This document shows positions 10,378-21,118 of a stretch of 64,000 nucleotides of DNA, piece after piece. The stretch comes from Candidatus Poribacteria bacterium (GTDB lineage Bacteria; Poribacteria; WGA-4E; JAJDTR01): the NCBI GenBank assembly GCA_965222225.1, contig CBDCTK010000002.1, forward strand, positions 3,168,001-3,232,000, in the 5' to 3' direction. Numbering within the stretch: the first letter of the stretch is position 1; each line of letters starts with the position of its first letter. A program made the translations under genes and the position numbers. The notes beneath the pieces are model-generated. The model was not told where the DNA came from, ran no database searches, and saw nothing but the letters and a program-made list of their open reading frames with translations.

Positions 10378-11748
10378 TCAGGAGTCGCGCCCGGAGCGCT
10401 CGCCTGTAATCCGCTGGATAGCGTTATACACGATTCTAAGGAGTCGGTCGAGTTCAGCAATGGTGATTTGTAAGGGCGGAATCAAGACAATGACATTGAC
10501 GAGCGGTCGCAACATCGCACCATTTTTTAATGCTTCTTGGCACACCCGCATGCCCACCTTTTCTGCTGCCGGATACTCCTCTTTGGTAACTCTGTCTTTC
10601 ACTAACTCTATACCTGCCGCCAATCCACAGACCCGCACATCCCCAACGTGGTCGAGGGCATAGAATTCCTGGAGCTGTTTTTTGAAGTGTTCAATCGTGG
10701 GTTGAATCTGGTCAATTAGATTTGTTTCCTCGAAGAGATTGATGTTTGCCAATGCGGCAGCACACGCCAACTGATTGCCTGTGAAAGTGTGCCCATGAAA
10801 AAAGGTCTTGAAATCCCTGTAATCTCCGAGGAATGCATTGAAAACTTCATCAGTTGTTAGGGTTGCAGCCAACGGAAGATATCCGGCTGTCAGTCCCTTG
10901 GCAGTGCATAAAAAATCCGGTACAACCTCCTCGTGTTCACATGCCCACATCCTTCCCGTACGTCCGAAACCTGTCATCACCTCATCCAAGATGAGAAGTG
11001 TGTCATACTTCTGCGCGAGTGCCGCTGCACCTTTCAGAAATCCTTTCGGCGAAACAATCATGCCGCCCGCTCCTTGGATAAGAGGCTCTAGAATAACCGC
11101 GGCGATTTCGCCCGCGCGCGTTTGTAGAACTTTTTCCATCTCACGCAAACAATAGTCCCTTACTGCGTCGGAATCTTGTCCAGCGACCGACCGATAAACA
11201 TAAGGCGTGGGCACTGTCTTGGTTTCAAAGAGAAGCCCATCAAATGTCTTGTGGAATAGGTCGATTCCGCCTACGCTCATTGCGCCTACAGTATCGCCGT
11301 GATAGGCTGCATCGAGATGTAAATACACCTCCCGACGCGACTCTCCCTTCTGCCGCCAATATTGATATGCCATCTTCAAAGCGACTTCGACCGATGTGGC
11401 GCCATCATCGGAATAAAAAACCCTGTCCAGCCCGCGTGGTGTAATCTCTACCAGTCTTTTCGCGAGTTGAATCGCCGGAACGTTAGCGTACCCCAATAGG
11501 GTAGAGTGTGCAATCTTGTTGAGTTGTGCCGTGACGGCATCATTGATTTCTTTCCGGTTATGGCCGTGAATGTTTGTCCACATTGAGGCAACCCCATCAA
11601 TGTACGGATTGCCTTCGGTATCGATTAGGTAAATCCCTTCCCCCTGTTCAATGATAACCGGGACTTCCTCCATCCAATCCTTCATTTGCGTGAACGGGTG
11701 CCAAAGGTACTTTCTGTCCCAGTCAGCGAGTATTTTCTTGTCCAACAT
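10378..11748 (-). CDS. bioA: Adenosylmethionine-8-amino-7-oxononanoate aminotransferase
   Basis: LWHPFTQM, YHGDT, DEVMTGFGRTG, AKGLTAGYLPL, FFHGHTFTGN. Confidence 0.93.
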   Translation of the reverse strand: MLDKKILADWDRKYLWHPFTQMKDWMEEVPVIIEQGEGIYLIDTEGNPYIDGVASMWTNIHGHNRKEINDAVTAQLNKIAHSTLLGYANVPAIQLAKRLVEITPRGLDRVFYSDDGATSVEVALKMAYQYWRQKGESRREVYLHLDAAYHGDTVGAMSVGGIDLFHKTFDGLLFETKTVPTPYVYRSVAGQDSDAVRDYCLREMEKVLQTRAGEIAAVILEPLIQGAGGMIVSPKGFLKGAAALAQKYDTLLILDEVMTGFGRTGRMWACEHEEVVPDFLCTAKGLTAGYLPLAATLTTDEVFNAFLGDYRDFKTFFHGHTFTGNQLACAAALANINLFEETNLIDQIQPTIEHFKKQLQEFYALDHVGDVRVCGLAAGIELVKDRVTKEEYPAAEKVGMRVCQEALKNGAMLRPLVNVIVLIPPLQITIAELDRLLRIVYNAIQRITGERSGRDS

Positions 11749-11900
11749 ACGGATTCATGTAAGGTAACGAAATAAGCCCAAATGAAAATGCGGAATCCAG
11801 AGCGTGTCTCCAGATTCCGCATTGTAGGAAAGGGAAGAAATATTATGGCGAACCGCCAACGCGCTCGTACCGAGCCATCGGGCATAGTGATTTGTATATG

Positions 11901-13139
11901 CTATCCTTTTAATTTGGCGTAGTGCACCGGTTGATCAATCACAAGATTAGCAGCTTTTCCGGTTTTCGGCACGATTATCTCAAGCACCTTATCGCGCAGA
12001 TCCGCACGATAATCGCCCGGTCTCCCTTCAACGTTGAAGGTATTTCTGAAACCGTTGGGAAATGAACTTGCACGCCCTAGAACTTGAGAAAATCGTGGGT
12101 CTTCTAATTTAGCTTCGACGGTTAGCGTGTCATTTTGCAAGTCAATTTGGTATGTGTAATCGGGCATCCGATCGGGGAGATCGAACTGCTTCTTATACAC
12201 CGAGTCAGGCACCCAACGTGGAAATTCGATTTCGATCTGGTAGTAATCCGATGTTTCTTGAATATGATTTACCATTCCGTAACGACGATACCGCTCCCTC
12301 AAATCGTCTGAGTAGATTGGACCATCCGTCAGAACTGCTCCCGGCACACTTGAACGCGGTGCGCTTGGCTGTGAAATAATGGCAGATTTAAGTGCTGAAA
12401 GAAGCATTTGTGCAAGAAACGACGGCACCCAACCGTAAAATGCGGCTCGGTATCGTGAATTCTCATCGCTTTCTGTTGAAATCAAATCGTCCTTGAAGCG
12501 ATAAAGGCCTTCAACCACCGCAAACACAACCCCAATCAAGATGAAAAAGTTCCCCTCAGTCGTAAAAAGACTAATACCTCGTCCTTTGACGGCAAATAGG
12601 AAAAGTAGAACCGGATAAAGTGTCAAATTAATCAAGCAGTTGATTCCGGTCGAAACTGCAGCGCTAAATATCCGCGGATTGTCAACCATCTCCTCCAGTT
12701 CACTCTTGAACTTCGCGGAAAATGCACCCAACACCGGTTGCGTAAGCGTTACGAACAGACGTAGCGCCGGGCGAATTGAGGAGTCCGGCAAATCGGGCAG
12801 TTGGACAAACTCTTCCGGAATACCCTGTCTTTTCTCTGTTTTCTGTCCGTCTCCACCGGCGCCTCCGGCGGCGTCACCGCCAGCATCGGGTTTAACGAAA
12901 GTCTCAAAAAATTTCTCGTTTAACTCAACATAAGAATTCCATTCTGCTGGAACCTCGTCACGCATGAAAATTGCGTTGACAGGGCAAGCTGGCTCGCATG
13001 CGGCACAATCAATGCACTCATCCGGGTTGATGTAGAGTTGGTTTTCGCCATCGACAGTATGAATGCAATCAACGGGACAAACATCAACACAAGCTGTGTC
13101 TTTGACATCAACGCAGGGTTCGCAAATCACATACGCCAT
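11901..13139 (-). CDS. FdxA-type ferredoxin fused to TM segments and an Hsp20-like C-terminal domain
   Basis: MAYVICEPC..KD.ACVDVCPVDCI...CIDCAACEPACPV; Gly/Ala linker; hydrophobic helices; alpha-crystallin-like ending (ADLRDKVLEIIVPK). Confidence 0.75.
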   Translation of the reverse strand: MAYVICEPCVDVKDTACVDVCPVDCIHTVDGENQLYINPDECIDCAACEPACPVNAIFMRDEVPAEWNSYVELNEKFFETFVKPDAGGDAAGGAGGDGQKTEKRQGIPEEFVQLPDLPDSSIRPALRLFVTLTQPVLGAFSAKFKSELEEMVDNPRIFSAAVSTGINCLINLTLYPVLLFLFAVKGRGISLFTTEGNFFILIGVVFAVVEGLYRFKDDLISTESDENSRYRAAFYGWVPSFLAQMLLSALKSAIISQPSAPRSSVPGAVLTDGPIYSDDLRERYRRYGMVNHIQETSDYYQIEIEFPRWVPDSVYKKQFDLPDRMPDYTYQIDLQNDTLTVEAKLEDPRFSQVLGRASSFPNGFRNTFNVEGRPGDYRADLRDKVLEIIVPKTGKAANLVIDQPVHYAKLKG

Positions 13140-13581
13140 TTTCCGCTTCTCCTAGCTAAACGCACCTGGTTTTCAACTGTTGATTATGGGAACAATTATA
13201 CCATGGCCAGCCTGTTGTCGCAAGAATTTATGGTTACTTGTGCGTGCCTTATATTCCTAATCTTGCAATCCTTTTATGAATTACTACAATTCAGGAAAAT
13301 TAATTGGGACCGCTCCGTTGTACCCCGATCAATGGTTATTATAATCCAATTGAAATAGAAAAGTAATTATGGTATTTTGGGGACTCAGATGATATAATTC
13401 GGGCAATTGTGGCATTGTGACTATAATTGTGTAGTCTTTCCATTGCATGAACTCCATTACATGAACTGCGAGATTCACGTTCGCGAAATCCTTTTTGATT
13501 TTTGAAACGCGTGTCCTTCACAAGCGTTGAGAGTTGTAGCAACAGGGTCTGAAGTGCTCGGGGCAAAGGAGGACACGAATT

Positions 13582-14193
13582 TTGGTGCACCGGATGATTG
13601 ACGACCCCTCAGCTCAGGAAGATACGGACCTAGCCAAGCTTACAAAGAATCATGATGAGGCTGCATTTCGTGCTCTTTTTGATAAGCATTACAACTGGGT
13701 TCATAGCAAGACTTACCGTATGCTGGGTAACCACCAAGACAGTGAAGAGGTTAGTCTAGATATATTTGTCAAAGTATGGCAAAAGATCGAAAAGTGGGAC
13801 ACCAATCAGGGGAGTTTTCAATCATGGTTAAACGTTGTTGCGAAGAATACTATTATTGACGCAATACGGAAGAAAGAAAGGATTCGTGAATCACTTCTAA
13901 ACATGGAGGACGAAGCTGACGTGCCACTTAGCGAATACGAAGACAGTAAACCAACTCCTGACAAGCAACTTGAATCCCAAGAAGTTCAGGAAATTGTGGA
14001 ACAGGCTCTCCTACAGGTGACAAAGCCGAATCACCGGCTTGCTTGGATTCTACGTCATATAGAAGGATGCAGCATCGCCGAGATTTCACACATTCTTCAG
14101 CGTAAAGAGGGTACGGTGAAGATTTGGATTTTTCGCTGTGCAGGTGAGCTCCGTCAAATTTTAAATAGAAAAGGGATCCAGTTGATTTACTGA
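13582..14193 (+). CDS. ECF RNA polymerase sigma factor
   Basis: Region 2 (DSEEVSLDIFVKVW..., FQSWL..VAKN..ID) and region 4 (EGCSIAEIS..L....GTVK). Confidence 0.92.
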   Translation: MVHRMIDDPSAQEDTDLAKLTKNHDEAAFRALFDKHYNWVHSKTYRMLGNHQDSEEVSLDIFVKVWQKIEKWDTNQGSFQSWLNVVAKNTIIDAIRKKERIRESLLNMEDEADVPLSEYEDSKPTPDKQLESQEVQEIVEQALLQVTKPNHRLAWILRHIEGCSIAEISHILQRKEGTVKIWIFRCAGELRQILNRKGIQLIY

Positions 14194-15326
14194 TGGGAGG
14201 AAATAGGTTAATGAGTTTTTGGATAAGATTTAAGCCAAACCATGGACACAGTGATGAGGTCCAGCAGGCAGAAATGTTGGATGTTTACACGCGTTGGCTT
14301 AAGGGCGAGAAGTTGTCACGTAAGCACAAACACGTGTTAAAAGCGTGTCAAGAATCGGCAGAACTAAAATCCTTGAGGGAATTAGTTGATTTCACGCATT
14401 ATCAGTTCCAGGAGACTGACAATATTGAACCTCGCCCGGGTGCAAAAGAACGAATTTCGAACGCGGTAATGAGAAGCGTTAGTCGACTATCACCGGAGTC
14501 CGATTCATGGAGCGTGGATGACATCGCTTTAGAACCGGTGTATAGCCCTGAACAAGTTGGGAGCGAGAGTGAGCTCGCTTACTCTCCAACTCCGGATGCT
14601 TCGCCTATTCTTTCTGGCGCAGACACTTCTCTTGATGAAACAATTGTTGTGGAGCCGGAAAGCATCGATGCAAACCATCTTCCTTCACCCACGTTTAGAA
14701 ACCGCAGCCTAAAGTTAAAAGTTATTCAGGGTGACCAGGTGGGAAGTGAATTTAATCTTGTTTTCGCACAAATGACGGTTGGACGGGGAGCCGATTCAAC
14801 CATCCATTTGAAGAACAATGCTAGCGCCTCACGTGAGCATGCCCTGTTGAGCATCGAAAACGAGGAACTGTATATTACCGACCTCAACAGTAGAAACGGT
14901 ACATTCGTCGACGAGCAGCGAATCTCAAGCCCAACGCCGATATATCTTGCCTCCCAAATAACCATTGGCGATCAGGTGCTTCAGGTCACTGAACTGCGAC
15001 GAGAAGACGGTGCATTCCACGTCACCTTTAAGGCGGTAGCCGGCGCAGATATCGGACAGCCCTCCTATACGGTAAACGTTCGGGAGATGACTATAGGACG
15101 CGGCACAACAACGAGCCTTCGTCTCTCCGACTCGACAGGAAGGCTCTCGCGACGCCACGCCGGATTCGAACTGACGAACGGGCAATTACATCTCAGGGAC
15201 TTGGGCAGCACAAATGGAACCTATGTCGATGGAATCCGGATAGAAGCACCCACAAGAATAAATGTAGGGACCGTCATTAAGCTAGGCGGCATCATCTCCG
15301 AAGTAATAGCCATCGAACACTCATAA
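14193..15326 (+). CDS. Putative anti-sigma/partner protein with two FHA domains
   Basis: Two GR...SR.HA...DL.S.NGT FHA motifs; directly abuts the ECF gene. Confidence 0.85.
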   Translation: MGGNRLMSFWIRFKPNHGHSDEVQQAEMLDVYTRWLKGEKLSRKHKHVLKACQESAELKSLRELVDFTHYQFQETDNIEPRPGAKERISNAVMRSVSRLSPESDSWSVDDIALEPVYSPEQVGSESELAYSPTPDASPILSGADTSLDETIVVEPESIDANHLPSPTFRNRSLKLKVIQGDQVGSEFNLVFAQMTVGRGADSTIHLKNNASASREHALLSIENEELYITDLNSRNGTFVDEQRISSPTPIYLASQITIGDQVLQVTELRREDGAFHVTFKAVAGADIGQPSYTVNVREMTIGRGTTTSLRLSDSTGRLSRRHAGFELTNGQLHLRDLGSTNGTYVDGIRIEAPTRINVGTVIKLGGIISEVIAIEHS

Positions 15327-15372
15327 ACCGAAGTACCTTATACGCAAGCTGGGCCGCTTGTTTTTTTATATT

Positions 15373-15420
15373 CCCGACTGTTTCCACCATCTTGATAAAA
15401 CGGTGAACAGTCGGGTTTTT
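15373..15420 (+). terminator. Intrinsic terminator-like hairpin
   Basis: CCCGACTGTT...AACAGTCGGG followed by a T run; a smaller hairpin plus T run also lies at 15345-15367. Confidence 0.6.
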
Positions 15421-15516
15421 ATTATTCTATTTTAAGCGCTTTACGTGTCTGAGGCGTCTAATCGAGAGAGGTGAATCCTACCCCAATTTTGCACTCAAAT
15501 TTTTCTAAGAACGCCA

Positions 15517-16644
15517 ATGAATCGGACACAAGTCGCAGGGACGCACTTCAATCGCGCTACGGACTGTTTTCAACGTGGTCGCTACGGTCAAGCTATCCGG
15601 CACTACCGGAATGGACTGGAGGTTGACGCCAGCCGCGCTGAGATATACGCCGACTTGTCCAAATCGTACGAAATGGTGGGGCGGTGGGATGATGCTCTGG
15701 ACTGTTTGGAAGATGCGTTGAAATTGCGACCGGACTATTCAATCGCCTTGCGGCGCAGGGAGCGCATCCAAGAAGAAAAACAGGTTTATGAAGCGTTAAT
15801 CCGCGAGTGCAATCTAAATTCGGAACCGCCCGGCGACTTTCTAGTCGAGTACACAGGCACCGGTTCTTGTCCGATAATTAGGCGCGAACGTTTCATTCTT
15901 GAGTGTGACGACACAATCCCGTTGAAAGCGTCGTGGTTCTTATGCCAACTTATTGAGCAGACCTCCCATGAAATAGGCGAACTCCTCCAATGTTACCCTC
16001 CACGAGAAGTTTCGATCGTGCTTGAAGATTTTGAACTTCATGATGAAGCGGAGATTCAAAAACATATCCCTGCTAATTCCACCTTCTCCTTTTCAGGCGT
16101 TTCCGACTACGGGGGTCACATCCGACTCACCATCAGCGTTTATGAAGAGCCTAATCTTGGGCTGTTGCTGGCATTGATTCGCCATGAGTGGGTCCATCTG
16201 CTTGTGGATTTACTGACATACCGGCAGTGTCCCGTGTGGTTCAACGAAGGACTCGCTCAGATTCTCGCTCGACCTCTCATGAAGTTTGAGAGAACGCGAT
16301 TGCAGCAGACATACCATAAACGTCAGTTCTTACGGGTTGATGAACTTCAACAGCAATTTGGCAACATGTCGCCGGATCGGCGAAAGTTAGCTTACCTGCA
16401 ATCAACTGGGTTCATGGAGTATTTGATTCATCAAAACGGTTTTGCCCGAATTTGCGATTTCCTTCGTTGCATCGGTAATGATGTCACGACTGAAGTTGCG
16501 TTTCAACAAATTTTTGGTGGAACAGATGAGGCAATCATGGACCTGTGGAAAGAGGTGATTGACCGTGGCGAAACTCGACATCGCAATCATTGTGCTCGTG
16601 ACCTTGGGCGGCGTCAAGTGTTTCCGCGCTGGCTTTACGCGTAG
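15517..16644 (+). CDS. TPR plus peptidase MA-like (gluzincin) protein
   Basis: N-terminal TPRs; HEWVH..., P.WFNEGLA, AY.QS. Confidence 0.85.
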   Translation: MNRTQVAGTHFNRATDCFQRGRYGQAIRHYRNGLEVDASRAEIYADLSKSYEMVGRWDDALDCLEDALKLRPDYSIALRRRERIQEEKQVYEALIRECNLNSEPPGDFLVEYTGTGSCPIIRRERFILECDDTIPLKASWFLCQLIEQTSHEIGELLQCYPPREVSIVLEDFELHDEAEIQKHIPANSTFSFSGVSDYGGHIRLTISVYEEPNLGLLLALIRHEWVHLLVDLLTYRQCPVWFNEGLAQILARPLMKFERTRLQQTYHKRQFLRVDELQQQFGNMSPDRRKLAYLQSTGFMEYLIHQNGFARICDFLRCIGNDVTTEVAFQQIFGGTDEAIMDLWKEVIDRGETRHRNHCARDLGRRQVFPRWLYA

Positions 16645-17068
16645 TGTGTGGGGAATTGCTGCCATCTCCGCTGGCCTTTTTACCGCAAATCAATCATGGC
16701 AGGCCCTCGCGCCAATTCTGCAACATTGGATTGAAGATCGAGGAACAGTGAAGTGGGTAAGTGTGATTGTAATCACGCTAGTGGTTAGTATAGTAATTGA
16801 CATAGTGTTTGGGCGTGTTCAGGAAGTTCTTGATAGCGGGGTTTTAGGTTGGATAAACAGCCTCGTTGGTGGTGCGTTTGGTGTGGTAGCGAGCAGTGTG
16901 TTGCTTGCCATTGCAATCATGTTGGCGAACCGTTATGGAGACGAATCCATACAAACGATAATCAACAATTCTCGCTTTGGCCCCTCACTATTGGAAATTG
17001 GCATTCAAATCTTTGATTTTGGGAAAGAGGCTATTAAAGAACAAGCCGATAATTTGCAGAACCTGTAA
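16559..17068 (+). CDS. cvpA: CvpA family membrane protein
   Basis: LDI.I......G....GF.RS; ..N.L.GG.FG; four TM segments. Confidence 0.85.
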   Translation: MTVAKLDIAIIVLVTLGGVKCFRAGFTRSVWGIAAISAGLFTANQSWQALAPILQHWIEDRGTVKWVSVIVITLVVSIVIDIVFGRVQEVLDSGVLGWINSLVGGAFGVVASSVLLAIAIMLANRYGDESIQTIINNSRFGPSLLEIGIQIFDFGKEAIKEQADNLQNL

Positions 17069-17072
17069 TTAA

Positions 17073-17585
17073 TTGACCAAGAAAATGACGAACTTGGCGA
17101 ATCGCTTGGAAGATATCATCTCTCGGGAGTTTTGTTCCACCCACTGTTTTCTCCGTTCGATCGCCGTGGGAAGTTTTCTGATGTTGCTTACGATACCGAT
17201 TCAAGCCGATATCTCCAGCACGCTAAAAACAACCTTGTTGGAAAAAGCGATCGCCCAAAATCTCACCTACCAGTCGGTGTCATTCAGTAGCGCCTCCGAA
17301 TCGAAGTCGTCAGCCTCGAATCCGCAGCAACAAATCGGTTCAGCAAATGCCAGTCTGCGACTACTATTAATTCTTCCAATCCGACTGCATCGAGAAGTAA
17401 TTACACATCAAGACGGAGACGTCTGTAGTTTTCAGCCCAGTTGTTCGCGTTACGGTTTGGCAGCCATTCGACGTTACGGCTTAAAGGGGCTATTGATGGC
17501 AAGCGATCGACTATTGCGATGTCATAGTGGAAGCCACAAATACTATCCCGTGTTTCAAGGATCTGCCTATGACCCCGTACCTTGA
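17073..17585 (+). CDS. yidD: YidD-like (membrane insertion efficiency factor) domain protein
   Basis: C.F.PSCS.YG..AI..YG.KG......RLLRCH...YDPVP, with an N-terminal extension. Confidence 0.75.
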   Translation: MTKKMTNLANRLEDIISREFCSTHCFLRSIAVGSFLMLLTIPIQADISSTLKTTLLEKAIAQNLTYQSVSFSSASESKSSASNPQQQIGSANASLRLLLILPIRLHREVITHQDGDVCSFQPSCSRYGLAAIRRYGLKGLLMASDRLLRCHSGSHKYYPVFQGSAYDPVP

Positions 17586-17673
17586 AGACAGCTATCCTCG
17601 CCGATGCAAACGCCAAATTCATTTTTTTTCATAGCACGAATGTTGACCTCGCTTCCAAATCGCAAGCAAGCAA

Positions 17674-18624
17674 ATGACAAAAACGCATTGCCGCCTCGTC
17701 CCTTTGTTTCCCGCCATAATACTGTTTTTCGTTTTGCTTCCAACTGCCCATTCTCAAGAATTCAATAAAACCGAACTGCTTGATTTTGCCGATTCTCTGT
17801 TTCAAGAGGAGGATTATCTCAACGCGGCGCACGAATATAGGCGCTATCTCTTTTTATTTCCTAAAGAGGAAAATAGCGATTATGTCCAATTTAGTCTCGC
17901 CGCCTCCTATCAGAACGCGGGCAGGTTGGCATCGGCGATTCAAGCCTACCAGCTCTTGATTGACGCATACCCGCACAGCCCCGTAATGCAGCGTGCACAA
18001 TCCAATATCGCCCAATGCCAGCTCTTGGAGGGAAATAAAGACTTGGCGATTCGATCGTTACAACAGTTCTTATCAAGATATCCCGAGAGCGATTTGGCAC
18101 CGCGAGCGCAGTTTATGATTGCAACCGTGCAAATGGAGGGCAAAGATTGGGAAAAAGCATCAAAGACATGGGAACAGATTGCCGTCAAATACCCCGATAC
18201 GCAGTTCGCAGAGGCAAGCCATCGGCTCACACGTATGGTAAGAAGCCGCAAGTTGATGTCTAAGCATTCTCCTACTTTCAGTGGCGTGCTCTCGGCGGCA
18301 ATTCCGGGACTTGGACAAGCGTATAGTGGTCGTTTTTCAGATGGCATTCAATCGCTGCTCGTTGTTGGCGTTATAGGGGCAGGAACGGCATACTACATCA
18401 ATCGGGAGCAATACGAAGTAGCCGTCCCGGTGGGGCTGCTGGGGCTATTTTTCTATGCGGGCAATGTTTATGGAGGCATGCGAGCTGCAAAGACCTTTAA
18501 TAGTCGCCAGGAAGACAAGTTCCTTAACGGTTTACGAGATGAAATCTACAAGTCAGGTCTTTTCGGCATGTCACAACCTGAATCTACGGATGTTTCATTT
18601 GTGTTATTGCGTGCCCGCTTCTGA
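17674..18624 (+). CDS. TPR (BamD-like) protein with TM2-type C-terminus
   Basis: Signal peptide, YP.S TPR repeats, LSA.IPGLGQ.Y.G. Confidence 0.8.
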   Translation: MTKTHCRLVPLFPAIILFFVLLPTAHSQEFNKTELLDFADSLFQEEDYLNAAHEYRRYLFLFPKEENSDYVQFSLAASYQNAGRLASAIQAYQLLIDAYPHSPVMQRAQSNIAQCQLLEGNKDLAIRSLQQFLSRYPESDLAPRAQFMIATVQMEGKDWEKASKTWEQIAVKYPDTQFAEASHRLTRMVRSRKLMSKHSPTFSGVLSAAIPGLGQAYSGRFSDGIQSLLVVGVIGAGTAYYINREQYEVAVPVGLLGLFFYAGNVYGGMRAAKTFNSRQEDKFLNGLRDEIYKSGLFGMSQPESTDVSFVLLRARF

Positions 18625-18789
18625 TGTTGAATCACCGTATCTTTGCTTGGATATCCAGTTCTTGACATCTGAATGAGGCGATTGCAATCGCTCAACGAAT
18701 TAATAGAACAACTCGCAACAGCTTGGAGACTTTAATACTAGACACATCCCACATCAAGTCAACCGAATTACCGCCTGAGAAATAGACCC

Positions 18790-19953
18790 CTAGTTGGCAT
18801 ATGGATCTGCCGCGTCTCGCAAACCGTCGCCCAAGAAGTTGAATGCGAGGACAGTAACGATAAGAAACAGACCAGGAATCATGAACCACGGAGTTTGAGA
18901 GATGATTCGGAAATGCTGCGCTTCACTCAAGAGCACACCCCAACTAATTGCCGGCGCCTGCAATCCAAGACCTAGAAAACTCAATGTGGTTTCACCAAGT
19001 ATCATCCCGGGAACGCTTAGCGTGGTCGCTGCAATGATGTGACTGTAAAACGAGGGCAGCATGTGGGAGAAAATAAGCCTCCCCGTGCTCGCGCCGCCCA
19101 ACTCTGCTGCCCGCACAAAGTCCTCCTCTCGCAGAGACATGAACTTTCCTCTTACCTCGCGGGCAAGGTCCGCCCACCCGACGATGGAAAGCACAACCGT
19201 AATGGCTAGAAACCGTTGGGATATAGACCAGTGGTCGGGAAGAGCGACACTCAATGCAAGCCATAGTGGAAGAGTTGGTATGCTCCGCAGTGTCTCAATA
19301 AGGCGCTGTATCAGAAGGTCCGGAGTCCCACCGAAATAGCCCGATATCCCCCCGAGAAGGATTCCCAACAGGAGTGCCAAGAAAACGCCCAAGAGACCGA
19401 TGGTTAGAGAGAGTCTCGCACCGAAGATTGTCCTAGAGAAGAGATCGCGTCCGGCGGCGTCCCCACCAAAGGGCATGAACCTTCCGTTTTTCACCCCGAA
19501 CAGGTGTATGTCGCTCCCAATCAGCCCCCACAATTTGTAAGGATCGTCACGGACAAATAGCCGCAATCTTAATGGAGTATCTTTGTCCTCGGTGTATTGC
19601 GTCGCAAGCGTCTGCGGATCTCGTCCCTTCACAACGGGAAAAACGAAAGGTAAAGAGAGTTTTCCGTTGTAGAAGATTCTTATACGTTGCGGCGGGGCGT
19701 GGGTATATTTTGAGTCGAAACTGCGCGGATTGTAAGGGGCAACGAATTCGGCGAACATAGCGCAAAGATAGAGGAGAGCCAGCACGCCGAGTGCGATGAC
19801 TGCCATCCGGTGTTTGAGAAATCTCCATCGAATCAACTGCCACTGCGAAGCCCTGGAAAACGCGGAGGATTCCACCTTGATTTGGGGATCGAAATCATCT
19901 TCGATTAGAGATTGAGAATTTTCTCTATTCTGTTCTCTGTCATTCATAGGCAA
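18790..19953 (-). CDS. Peptide/nickel ABC transporter permease (DppC-like)
   Basis: GRDLFSR, EAA-like loop, SWG.LL, FNFLGDGLRDAADP. Confidence 0.92.
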   Translation of the reverse strand: MPMNDREQNRENSQSLIEDDFDPQIKVESSAFSRASQWQLIRWRFLKHRMAVIALGVLALLYLCAMFAEFVAPYNPRSFDSKYTHAPPQRIRIFYNGKLSLPFVFPVVKGRDPQTLATQYTEDKDTPLRLRLFVRDDPYKLWGLIGSDIHLFGVKNGRFMPFGGDAAGRDLFSRTIFGARLSLTIGLLGVFLALLLGILLGGISGYFGGTPDLLIQRLIETLRSIPTLPLWLALSVALPDHWSISQRFLAITVVLSIVGWADLAREVRGKFMSLREEDFVRAAELGGASTGRLIFSHMLPSFYSHIIAATTLSVPGMILGETTLSFLGLGLQAPAISWGVLLSEAQHFRIISQTPWFMIPGLFLIVTVLAFNFLGDGLRDAADPYAN

Positions 19954-19986
19954 TCCGTTTGCCTTTTAGGATACTGCAAGTCAGCT

Positions 19987-20972
19987 CTATGTACCATGCT
20001 TGATTCTCGGATCGATGATAGCTAGGAGCAGGTCAGACACTAATGTTCCGACCAGGGTAAGAACGCTCAAGATAAGCACGATGCTACCCGCCAAAAACAT
20101 GTCTTCTGTTTGAAGGGCGCGCAATAACACCGGACCAATGGTAGGAAGCCCAATAACAATTGATGTAATCACCTCTCCACTAATCAGCGCGGGCAAAACA
20201 TAGCCGATATTGCTGATGACGGGATTGATTGCCAACCGCACCGGGTATTTGAGGATAAGCCTAATCTCGGACACCCCCTTTGCCCTGGCAGTCGTGACAT
20301 ACAGTTTTTTCAATTCATCAAGCAGATTCGCGCGGACGATTCGTATTAGCCCTGCCGTACCCGCTGTTCCAATAATCACGGCGGGTATCCATAGATGATT
20401 GAGCAGGTCAAAAAATTTCCGAAACTCCACGGAGCCACGGCATATTCCGCCGAGAAAATGCCTACCAGAGCCTGCCCGGTAGCTTCAAAGTAGCCCCACA
20501 ACAGAATCAGGGCGAACATAAAGTTCGGAATGGCAAGACCGATGAATCCAACGAAAGTAAGGACGTAGTCGGCAATCGAGTATTGGCGCACCGCCGAGAG
20601 AAACCCTATGGGAAATCCAATCGAATAGACGATTATGAACGCCGAAAATGAAAAAAGGAGACTCCACGGCAGGCGATCCATGATTATCCTCGACACCGGT
20701 TGATTGTACGCCATGGATACTCCCAGGTCCCCGTGCAGGATGTTCCCGATCCATATAAGGTATTGCTGCCATAACGGTTTTCCCAATCCGTAGCGCGCTC
20801 TCAGGGCATTGATTAAATCCTCGTCAACCTGATCGCCCCGCGCTTCCATTTGTACGGCCAATGTGGTTACAAAGTCTCCCGGAGGTGCCTGAATAATAGC
20901 AAACGAGATTACCGAGATGAGAATCAGGGTTGGAATGAAATACAGGAGCCTACGGATAATGTAGCTTTGCAT
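19987..20972 (-). pseudogene. Peptide/nickel ABC permease (DppB-like) split by a 1-nt frameshift near 20415
   Basis: ORFs 20376-20972 and 19987-20430 are the N- and C-halves of one permease (APWSFG|KFFDLLNHLW). May be a sequencing error. Confidence 0.8.
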
Positions 20973-21118
20973 AATTCTCGATTATGAATCAAAAATTGTT
21001 GATTATAGATTAACAATCCCTTTGTTTTCCAAAGATTGCCATCGCCTAGAAAAGCGACAATTAGCCACAAGAGAAGAGGAACATCAAGGGTTGGGGACAT
21101 CTAGAAGTTAAGCTGCAG

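Noticed and set aside
20409-20421. Programmed -1 frameshift at A-AAT-TTT in the ABC permease
   Set aside because: The heptamer is in phase, but I know no precedent in such permeases and similar indels occur elsewhere, so an error or mutation is simpler.
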